From positions 1 to 25,770 of the forward strand of contig JBGTGT010000106.1 of the NCBI GenBank assembly GCA_041746575.1: 25,770 nucleotides of DNA, in the 5' to 3' direction. The position numbers and the translations under genes were made by a program. The notes beneath the pieces are model-generated. The model was not told where the DNA came from. It did no database searches and saw only the letters and a program-made list of their open reading frames with translations. Position 1 is the stretch's first letter. The number at the start of each line of letters is the position of its first letter. Below, piece by piece: positions 18,296-25,770 of the stretch. Origin of the DNA: Microcystaceae cyanobacterium (GTDB lineage Bacteria; Cyanobacteriota; Cyanobacteriia; Cyanobacteriales; Microcystaceae).

Positions 18296-20263
18296 ATGTC
18301 AGAAATCACCATTGAATCCATATTGCACGAAGAAAGGCTGTTTAATCCCCCCGCAGACTTCTCTCAAAACGCTTATATTCGCAGTATTCCAGAGTATGAA
18401 AAGCTTTATAATAAGGCAAAAGCAAATCCAGCAAAATTTTGGGAAGAATTGGCAGAACAAGAACTCTTTTGGTTTAAAAAATGGGATCAAGTTCTTGATT
18501 GGAATCCTCCTGATGCGAAGTGGTTTGTCGGTGGAAAATTAAACATCTCCTATAACTGTCTTGATAGACATTTAACTACATGGCGACGCAATAAAGCGGC
18601 AATTATCTGGGAGGGTGAACCGGGAGACTCCAGAACCATCACTTATGGCGAATTACATCGAGAAGTCTGCCAATTTGCCAATGCGATGAAGCAACTCGGC
18701 GTTAAAAAAGGGGACAGAGTGGGCATCTATCTGCCCATGATACCCGAAGCCGCGATCGCTATGTTAGCCTGTGCCAGAATTGGTGCGCCCCATAGTGTTG
18801 TATTTGGTGGATTTAGCGCAGAAGCTCTTAAAGATCGCCTTGTAGATGCTGAAGCTACCTTAGTCATCACCGCAGACGGTGGCTTTCGCAAAGATAAAAC
18901 TATTGCCTTGAAAGAACAAGTGGATTTAGCCTTAGAATATGGCGCACCTTCAGTCGAAAACGTTTTGGTCGTACAACGTACCAAAGAACCCGTTACGATG
19001 GTAGAAGGTCGAGATTATTGGTGGCATGAGCTTCAATCAACCGTTTCCGCCGATTGTCCTGCCGAACCGATGGATAGCGAGGATATGCTCTTTATTCTTT
19101 ATACCAGTGGCAGTACCGGCAAACCGAAAGGGGTGGTGCATACGACAGGGGGCTATAATCTTTATACCCACATGACGACAAAATGGATTTTTGACCTCAA
19201 AGATAACGATGTTTACTGGTGTACTGCCGATGTCGGTTGGATTACAGGACATAGCTACATTGTGTATGGACCTTTATCTAATGGTGCAACCTCGTTAATG
19301 TATGAAGGGGTGCCTCGTCCGTCTAATCCCGGTTGTTTTTGGGATGTGATCGAAAAATATGGTGTAAATATCTTTTATACCGCCCCCACTGCCATTCGTG
19401 CTTTTATTAAAATGGGGGAAGAAATTCCGAAAGCTCGTGATCTCTCCTCTTTGCGTCTCTTAGGGACGGTAGGCGAACCCATTAATCCTGAAGCATGGAT
19501 GTGGTATCACAAAGTAATTGGTGGCGAAAAATGTCCCATTGTTGATACTTGGTGGCAAACCGAAACAGGCGGAATCATGATTAGTCCTTTGCCCGGTGCA
19601 ACGCCGACGAAACCGGGATCAGCAACTCGTCCCTTTCCCGGTATTATCGCTGATATTGTGGATTTGGACGGTAATTCTGTAGGCGATAACGAGGGAGGTT
19701 ACTTGGTGGTGAAACATCCTTGGCCGAGTATGTTACGCACGGTATATAGAGATGATGCTCGCTTCCGTCGTACCTATTGGGAGCATATTCAGCCCCATGG
19801 TGACCAATGGTATTATTTTGCTGGAGATGGGGCAAGACGAGATCAAAATGGCTATTTTTGGGTAATGGGACGCGTCGATGATGTGATCAATGTCTCCGGT
19901 CACCGATTAGGGACAATGGAGGTAGAATCTGCTTTAGTGTCTCATCCGGCGGTAGCAGAAGCAGCAGTCGTAGGAAAACCCGATGAGATTAAAGGAGAAG
20001 AAATTTGCGCCTTTATCACTTTAGAAGGGCAGTATCAACCCAGTGACGAATTGGCTGTAGACTTAAAACAGCACGTCGTTGAGGAAATTGGTGCGATCGC
20101 GCGTCCGGGTGAGATTCGTTTTACAGATGCCCTGCCGAAAACCCGATCCGGTAAGATTATGCGCCGTTTATTGCGGAATTTAGCCTCAGATCAGGAGATT
20201 TCAGGAGATACCTCGACCTTAGAGGATCGCAGTGTCTTAGATAAGCTCAGAGGTGGGGCTTAA
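18296..20263 (+). CDS. acs: Acetate--CoA ligase (AMP-forming acetyl-CoA synthetase)
   Basis: [48 protein letters not shown]. Likely start ATG 18296 ([10 protein letters not shown]); the track starts at 18269. Confidence 0.98.
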   Translation: MSEITIESILHEERLFNPPADFSQNAYIRSIPEYEKLYNKAKANPAKFWEELAEQELFWFKKWDQVLDWNPPDAKWFVGGKLNISYNCLDRHLTTWRRNKAAIIWEGEPGDSRTITYGELHREVCQFANAMKQLGVKKGDRVGIYLPMIPEAAIAMLACARIGAPHSVVFGGFSAEALKDRLVDAEATLVITADGGFRKDKTIALKEQVDLALEYGAPSVENVLVVQRTKEPVTMVEGRDYWWHELQSTVSADCPAEPMDSEDMLFILYTSGSTGKPKGVVHTTGGYNLYTHMTTKWIFDLKDNDVYWCTADVGWITGHSYIVYGPLSNGATSLMYEGVPRPSNPGCFWDVIEKYGVNIFYTAPTAIRAFIKMGEEIPKARDLSSLRLLGTVGEPINPEAWMWYHKVIGGEKCPIVDTWWQTETGGIMISPLPGATPTKPGSATRPFPGIIADIVDLDGNSVGDNEGGYLVVKHPWPSMLRTVYRDDARFRRTYWEHIQPHGDQWYYFAGDGARRDQNGYFWVMGRVDDVINVSGHRLGTMEVESALVSHPAVAEAAVVGKPDEIKGEEICAFITLEGQYQPSDELAVDLKQHVVEEIGAIARPGEIRFTDALPKTRSGKIMRRLLRNLASDQEISGDTSTLEDRSVLDKLRGGA

Positions 20264-20271
20264 GTTAGGAT

Positions 20272-20315
20272 TAGGGTGGGCAATTACTGGATTATTTCTG
20301 GTTTTGTTCACCCGA
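20272..20315. repeat. Imperfect inverted repeat after the acs stop (degenerate REP-like element or 3' stem-loop)
   Basis: TAGGGTGGGCAA (20272-20283) ... TTGTTCACCCGA (20304-20315), resembling GTAGGGTGGGCA...TGCCCACCCTAC-type repeats. Confidence 0.5.
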
Positions 20316-20423
20316 CTGTAACGAAAAATTAAATTAAAAGAAAATTTCAGTGTAATGCCCCTTATTTGTGATAATTTTGCGCCCTTTGAAAAAATCAATG
20401 ATCAAAATCTCCATTTATTTCCG

Positions 20424-20590
20424 ATGGAATCCTCTTATTCTTCGATAACTCAATCCTATTCTGATGAAGAAATTAAGCAAGCGATCGCTTCATCATCTCA
20501 TGGGTAAACCCGTAAAGAAGCGATTCATAATGGTGAAGAAGTCATTGATATGTAATTAACTTGAGTTCGGGATAAGAAAAGGGAATCGTC
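20424..20590 (+). pseudogene. hicB: Degenerate HicB-family antitoxin relic
   Basis: One frame reads MESSYSSITQSYSDEEIKQAIASSSHG*TRKEAIHNGEEVIDM*LT*, with stops at 20505 and 20553. It matches the recalled cyanobacterial HicB pattern YS.I.QWSDED...THG.TREEAI.NGEEVIEMYL. The end coordinate is approximate. Confidence 0.7.
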
Positions 20591-20645
20591 AAAAATTAGG
20601 AAAAACGGCTCACAAGTAATTTTCTCTCGGATGAGTTTTATTGAC

Positions 20646-23600
20646 TTAACGGTGCTCAACTGCCCCTAACGCTTTCAAGGTTATCTTCTGTGCCTCAGTT
20701 AACCCCGCCGCTCCTGTAATATTCATCCCATCATAGGGACGGGGTGTACGGAAAATTCGGACACACTCCCCCGTCTGGCTATCCCAAAACCGCACTGTTT
20801 CATCGAAGCTGCCACTCACGAAAATTTCACTCCCAGAATCCCCAGACGGCCAAACCAAAGCAGAAACCGACCCTTTATGCCCGTAAAGCGTACGAAGACA
20901 ACTCCCTGTATGGCTATCCCACACCTTCAAGGTTTGGTCAGAACTGCCCGTTATTAACCGTTCACCATTAGGAGAGAAAGCCAGAGACATTATGGGTGCA
21001 GCGTGTCCCTCAAAAGTAAGTAGACAATTTCCCGTTGATACGTCCCAAATTTTCACCGTGCGGTCATAACTCCCACTGGCGAGAGAGTTTCCCTCTGGAC
21101 TAAACGCCACCGTCCAAACACTATTTTGATGTCCCAGTAACGTTTTAACACATCGCCCCGTCTGAAGATCCCATAGCTTAATCATCTGATCAAGGCTACT
21201 ACTGACTAAAAACTGACCATCTGGACTAAAAATCAGACAAACAACAGGCGCCGTATGTCCCTCTAAGGTTTTAAGGCATTCCCCACTGACTACATCCCAC
21301 AGTTTGATCGTTTGATCATAACTGCCACTGACTAACTGATCACCCTCTGGACTAAAATTAACAGACCATACCCAACTCAAATGACCCATAAGGGTTGTTA
21401 GACAGACTCCTGATTCAATTTGCCATAACTTAATCGTGCGATCGCCGCTTCCACTGGCTAATATACCCCGTTGAGGTTCAATCGCTACCGACCAAACAAG
21501 ATTTTTATGACCGTACAAAACGTTTTGGACTTGTCCTGTTGACAGATGCCAAAGTCGAATGGTTTGGTCTTCATGTCCAGTAACTAGCCATCGCTTGTCT
21601 AGATTAAAGGTCAACCCTAAAACTCGGTTGCTATATCCTGTCCAAACCTTGGTACATTGTCCTGTTTCCCAATGCCATAAACAGGTAGCATGATCATCCC
21701 CTCCACTGGCTAAAAATTGACCATCGGGACTAAAAGCCACCGACCAAACTCGATTATTATGTTGAGTGAGGGTTTTAAGGCACTGAGTAGACGTCACCTC
21801 CCATATCTTGACCGTCTGATCATAACTGGCACTGGCAAGAAAACGGCTATTGGGACTAAAAACAACGGTTGTTACGGGATTTAAATGGCCTTGCCACGTT
21901 TTAAGGCATTCTCCTGTAGATACTGACCATAATTTGATAATGCCGTTAAAACTCGCACTTGCGATCATTTGTCCATCGGGACTAAAAGCAACTGACTTAA
22001 TCCAGTGGGTATGTTCTCCTAGGGTTTGACGACAGCTAAGAGTGTTGACATCCCATAATTTTAAAGTTTTATCCTCCGAACCACTGACTAATATCGCACC
22101 ATCGGGACTAAAGTCCAAAGACCAAACTCTGCCCTGATGGCCTTCTAGAAGGGTTTCTGCTGAATTTTCCCCCATTCGCATCATCGGCCATAACCGAATT
22201 GTCCCATCGAGAGAACAACTAGCCAACAGATTTCCCTCTGGATGAAAGGCAAGAGCATTTACCGTATGAGTATGACCTTTTAATAACCTGATACATTCCC
22301 CCGTATGGGGATTCCAAAGCTTAACCAGATGATCATCCCCTCCACTGGCTAACCATTGTCCATCGGGGCTAAAGGCAACCGTCCACGTCCACACTAAGTC
22401 GCTTTTGAAGGTATTTAACTTCTGACCATTTACTAGATCCCAAATTTGTATGTTCCCACTGGTATCGCTGGTTGCTAGTTGTTTTCCATCAGGACTAAAG
22501 GCGACACAAGAAATTCCTCCAAAGGTTTCGGCAAATACGCAACGGCTGAACTCAGTCAAAGAAAAATTAACGCGTTGTAATTTCACCTCAGCGAGATAGG
22601 CTTGCCAAACAGACAACCCAGAGAAATCAAATTCTGTTAAATCCACTTGCAGAAAGTTAAAGAGATTAAGTATATTTCCTACTGTATAGCCATAATTTGT
22701 CAATTTATCAGCACTAATTTGCTTTAGTAGTTGACTGAGGCTTTCAATCAACCCTTGCTTATTGCCTAAAACAGCGATCGCTCGGCTGACAACGGGTTCA
22801 ACGATCACACAAGTTTGACGAAGACGAATATAGTCCCTTGTCGTTGCTTTGAGCAGTGCATAACGGATTAAGTAAGAAGAAGGGCTAGGACTGGGCTGAT
22901 TCAGTTCAGATACCACCTGAGCGATTAACTGCTCCGTCATGTACTCCATTACGACAGGTTGCTGGGTAAATCCTTCTGCGGTGCGTTCCAACAGCGATCG
23001 CTCTCTTAAGGATTCTAGGCTTTCCAATAGCCCTGATGTGACATGAGACAGGATTAAATCCGCTTGAAGTTCGTTGAGGCTCAATGGTTCACGATTAATG
23101 GCCAGCCAATACATAACCTGTTGTTCTAAATCTGACAACCGCTTGATTTGAGATTGAAGAAGGTGTCGGATTCCATTAAAAACAATGACTCCTTGTTGGA
23201 GAAAATCGCTGATGCTGCCTGCAAATAGGCTGTGAATAGAAGAAGCCGCAATTTTTAGGGCAAGAGGATTGCCCCGATAGCACTGGATAAGATGGTTGAG
23301 GGCATCGGATGATCCCTCCAATCCTTTGTCTTTTAAAAGCTGAGAGGCATCACTAACCTCTAACCCTTGCAATCGCCATTCTCGTATCGGTAAGCTCTTT
23401 CCTTGAAGCCTTGTAATTTCGGCGGGAGTTTCGCGGCTGGTGATAAGAAGACAACTTTGATGGTGCCACTCGCTGACTTGCTGTACCAATTTTTCATAGT
23501 CTTCGTAACTTTGTCGATAAACTCCGACTTGCTCAACAGACGTAAATAAAGCATCAAAATTATCCAAAACAATCAAACAGCGTGCCGATCGTAAACAATC

Positions 23601-24227
23601 CAGCAATTGATTAAGTTTATCGCTCGTTGTTTCTGCTAGAGGGCTGTTTTCCTTGATTAAAAACCTCAATAATGACGTTAATAGTTGATCAAAAGGGGGC
23701 GCATCTCGTAGCGATCGCCAAAAAACAAATTTAAACATCCCCTGTATCTGTTCTGCGAGTTTAACCGATAAAGTGGTTTTGCCGATCCCTCCCATTCCTA
23801 AAATTGCAATGAGACGGCATTGATCTTCGACAATCCATTGACTTAAGATTGTCATTTCGGACGTTCTACCATAAAAAATAGCAGTGTTAATTGCTTCTCC
23901 CCAATCTTGGGAGGAATTGACCTTTTTTGCCAGAGAAATGAAAGGGGATATCGCAAAAGTTTCGGAATGTTGCCTAAAATAGTGCTTCAATACCGATTGA
24001 AGATTTTGCTTCGTCACTTTTGTACCCAAACGATCTGACAGAATTTGCCACAGCTTAGAGCCAGTATCTCTGAGATAACCCACATCATAATCAGTTTCTC
24101 TCGCTATTTCTGAATAGGAAAGCCCTTGCCAGACATATTTAAAAACAAGCCGTTGAATTTTAGTCAACTGTCGAGGTTCTACCGTTTGTTCAACCGCTTC
24201 TAGTGCCTTTTCAACCGCTATCTGCAT
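20646..24227 (-). CDS. STAND NTPase: N-terminal HTH + NB-ARC + 14 WD40 repeats (bacterial NLR-like)
   Basis: N-terminal HTH-like WQGLSYSEIA...YLRDTGSKLWQILS, Walker A GMGGIGKT, Walker B LIVLDN, LLITSRE, GNPLAL, 14 WD repeats, tail PRPYDGMNITGAAGLT. Likely start ATG 24227; the track starts at 24257. Confidence 0.95.
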   Translation of the reverse strand: MQIAVEKALEAVEQTVEPRQLTKIQRLVFKYVWQGLSYSEIARETDYDVGYLRDTGSKLWQILSDRLGTKVTKQNLQSVLKHYFRQHSETFAISPFISLAKKVNSSQDWGEAINTAIFYGRTSEMTILSQWIVEDQCRLIAILGMGGIGKTTLSVKLAEQIQGMFKFVFWRSLRDAPPFDQLLTSLLRFLIKENSPLAETTSDKLNQLLDCLRSARCLIVLDNFDALFTSVEQVGVYRQSYEDYEKLVQQVSEWHHQSCLLITSRETPAEITRLQGKSLPIREWRLQGLEVSDASQLLKDKGLEGSSDALNHLIQCYRGNPLALKIAASSIHSLFAGSISDFLQQGVIVFNGIRHLLQSQIKRLSDLEQQVMYWLAINREPLSLNELQADLILSHVTSGLLESLESLRERSLLERTAEGFTQQPVVMEYMTEQLIAQVVSELNQPSPSPSSYLIRYALLKATTRDYIRLRQTCVIVEPVVSRAIAVLGNKQGLIESLSQLLKQISADKLTNYGYTVGNILNLFNFLQVDLTEFDFSGLSVWQAYLAEVKLQRVNFSLTEFSRCVFAETFGGISCVAFSPDGKQLATSDTSGNIQIWDLVNGQKLNTFKSDLVWTWTVAFSPDGQWLASGGDDHLVKLWNPHTGECIRLLKGHTHTVNALAFHPEGNLLASCSLDGTIRLWPMMRMGENSAETLLEGHQGRVWSLDFSPDGAILVSGSEDKTLKLWDVNTLSCRQTLGEHTHWIKSVAFSPDGQMIASASFNGIIKLWSVSTGECLKTWQGHLNPVTTVVFSPNSRFLASASYDQTVKIWEVTSTQCLKTLTQHNNRVWSVAFSPDGQFLASGGDDHATCLWHWETGQCTKVWTGYSNRVLGLTFNLDKRWLVTGHEDQTIRLWHLSTGQVQNVLYGHKNLVWSVAIEPQRGILASGSGDRTIKLWQIESGVCLTTLMGHLSWVWSVNFSPEGDQLVSGSYDQTIKLWDVVSGECLKTLEGHTAPVVCLIFSPDGQFLVSSSLDQMIKLWDLQTGRCVKTLLGHQNSVWTVAFSPEGNSLASGSYDRTVKIWDVSTGNCLLTFEGHAAPIMSLAFSPNGERLITGSSDQTLKVWDSHTGSCLRTLYGHKGSVSALVWPSGDSGSEIFVSGSFDETVRFWDSQTGECVRIFRTPRPYDGMNITGAAGLTEAQKITLKALGAVEHR
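20781..22520 (-). repeat. WD40 repeat array (14 units, about 42 aa each)
   Basis: Counted 14 GH/xH...AFSPDG...LW(D/x) units in the translation. The units are diverged, not near-identical at DNA level. Confidence 0.92.
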
Positions 24228-24684
24228 AGGAAATTCCAGAGAGAAGACAAAAATCAATGACGTAACCTAAATAATATCTAAATTACCAGTGAAAACGAAT
24301 AATTGTACAAAGTCTTGAGTTAATACTATACAACTCAAATCTGGGCTGATCAAAAGACATATAGGCTTATTATAATAGTAATCGCTATTAGACTTTTTGC
24401 AGAAGTCAGCCATTAGGCAATAGTAGGATCAGTGGATGATTTCTACATTCAAATTGACTCATTTCACGACATGGCAAAATATTTAAGCGGACATCAGTAC
24501 TGCCAAAACCTGTTGATGAGATTGACTTTGAGCCAATAAACCCTCAATTAAAGACAAAAGTTAGCAAAAAAAATGCCGATTAAAAAAATAAAGCCGTTGA
24601 CCAATAGTTTCCTTTTCTTGGACAAACTTAAATCTCTCAGATATTTGCCAAGTCAAGTTAATTTTGAATTGTACCGACGGTCTA

Positions 24685-25674
24685 TTACGAGTGATTTTTA
24701 TTCACAAAAATCTGGCAGAGTTCAATCACTTTAGTTTGTAAAGTTGATAAAGGTTCAGATCCCCGTTTCAATTGATACTCTAAATCATACAATAAAGGTA
24801 GGGTTGCTAATAGTTGCTTAGCCGAAACCCATTGAATTTCTTTACGAATAAAATAAAGTCTTTTCGGGTTATTTAAATCTGCATCTGTTGCAATGAGTTT
24901 ATCATCTTTTTCTCCGTTTTCGAGATATAATTTAATCATAGTCCACGTACGAAATTGACCCACTAAGGTGGCGACAATTTTTAAGGCGGGTTCATTGCGA
25001 TTGATTAAATTCTGCACTAACCCCAATGCTTCGTCTATTTTTCCCTTGCGAATGGCACTGGTTAATTGCAAGCTATTCTGATTTGTCGCATTGACTAATT
25101 GTTCGACATCCTTTTCATTGAGCATTTGCTCAGGACGATAAAGCTTTAATTTTTCTAATTCATTCCATAATTGACGGGTATTATTGCCCACTGAATCGCA
25201 GAGTAATTCTATAGCTTTGGGGGTTAATTTAACTTCAACTTCTGCGGCGATATGCTGAATGTGTTGTCGTAATTCGTCTCGATTCCAAGGTGCAATTAAA
25301 GAAAACGATTGAACCGTGGCATACTTTGCCAGTAACTTGGTCGTTTTGAGTCTTTTATCGGGCTTTTTAGAAGCGGTGAATAATAAATGAGAAGGGTCAG
25401 GAATGGCCGGTAAAACGCGCTCTAATTGCGTTAGAATTGCCTCTGAAGATTGTTGACCAAGGGTAGTATTTTCGACCCAAACCAATCGCCCTCCCGCGCC
25501 GAACACAGGCGTCATGGCTTGATTTAAAGATTGTGTAATACTATCACTTTGCTCCCCTGAAATTTTTTCATAATTGAACGATAGCCAGTTTGGATCTAAA
25601 ACAGTTTCTTGCAACGTTTTAACCGCTTTAGTTAAGGCAAAATCGTCATCTCCCCAATAAAAATAAATCGGCAT
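24685..25674 (-). CDS. holA: DNA polymerase III subunit delta
   Basis: MPIYFYWGDDDF, AMTPVFGAGGRLV, KPDKRLK, LWNELEKL, NEPALKIVATLVGQFRTW, NPKRLYF. Confidence 0.95.
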   Translation of the reverse strand: MPIYFYWGDDDFALTKAVKTLQETVLDPNWLSFNYEKISGEQSDSITQSLNQAMTPVFGAGGRLVWVENTTLGQQSSEAILTQLERVLPAIPDPSHLLFTASKKPDKRLKTTKLLAKYATVQSFSLIAPWNRDELRQHIQHIAAEVEVKLTPKAIELLCDSVGNNTRQLWNELEKLKLYRPEQMLNEKDVEQLVNATNQNSLQLTSAIRKGKIDEALGLVQNLINRNEPALKIVATLVGQFRTWTMIKLYLENGEKDDKLIATDADLNNPKRLYFIRKEIQWVSAKQLLATLPLLYDLEYQLKRGSEPLSTLQTKVIELCQIFVNKNHS

Positions 25675-25699
25675 TTTTATTTGTTTGAGCGATACTTAA

Positions 25700-25770
25700 C
25701 GGAGAGGGAGGGATTCGAACCCTCGTTAAAGTTACCCCTAAACAGCATTTCCAGTGCTGCGCCTTCAACC
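25700..25770 (-). tRNA. trnS: tRNA-Ser(GGA), 5' end cut off by the window edge
   Basis: Reverse complement GGTTGAAGGCG-CAGCA-CT-GGA-AA-TGCTG-long variable arm-GAGGG-TTCGAAT-CCCTC-CCTCTCC-G. Anticodon at 25752-25750, discriminator G, no encoded CCA. Confidence 0.97.

Larger units (their letters stand above)
465..23718. repeat. Dispersed HIP1 octamer GCGATCGC (cyanobacterial highly iterated palindrome)
   Basis: Seen by eye at 465, 746, 6288, 7203, 13318, 16126, 18752, 20093, 20481, 21438, 22774, 22994 and 23711. The count is a minimum. Confidence 0.9.

Noticed and set aside
20781..22520. WD40 array as a DGR target or a concertedly evolving high-identity repeat array
   Set aside because: The repeats are diverged at DNA level, and no reverse transcriptase or adenine-specific template repeat is visible.
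2923..23572. Short overlapping ORFs in the track (2923, 6640, 7600, 9972, 12104, 16259, 16572, 16665, 18288, 18299, 18727, 19037, 19644, 20744, 23360)
   Set aside because: All lie in alternate frames or antisense of well-supported genes and show no recognisable motifs. Some track strand labels also look inconsistent with the sequence. Treated as shadow ORFs.
112..24664. GTCAAGTTAATTT at 112 and 24652, with an inverted 11-mer at 20554 flanking the STAND gene (possible terminal repeats)
   Set aside because: AT-rich 11-13-mers are expected by chance in a window this size. There is no transposase or target-site duplication.
1..25770. CRISPR array, IS element, prophage or integron
   Set aside because: No regularly spaced direct repeats and no transposase, integrase or phage genes were seen.

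Overview
AT-rich cyanobacterial chromosome segment (at least 13 HIP1 GCGATCGC octamers; tRNA without encoded CCA), probably a unicellular Chroococcales/Synechocystis-like organism (inference). Most of it is housekeeping or conserved genes: dgdA(ktrE)-ktrB-ktrA, FAH-family hydrolase, Tic20/Ycf60, FAD oxidoreductase plus DUF6816, class II aldolase-SDR fusion, type II dnaJ, comB, M16 peptidase, murD, a probable small beta-barrel, ABC-2 permease, acs, holA and a truncated tRNA-Ser(GGA). Manual translation shows two decayed genes that the ORF track misses or only fragments. One is a NERD/PD-(D/E)xK nuclease...pentapeptide pseudogene (113-1140, minus strand) that appears to have lost its helicase core. 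The other is a HicB antitoxin relic (20424-~20590). The most notable intact accessory gene is a standalone NLR-like STAND protein (HTH-NB-ARC-14xWD40) between acs and holA. I found no CRISPR array, IS element, integrase or prophage, and I cannot support a clearly new multi-gene system. The best leads are the STAND locus, the nuclease pseudogene, the orphan aldolase-SDR and several intergenic dyads. Family assignments come from motif recognition and recall, not database searches.
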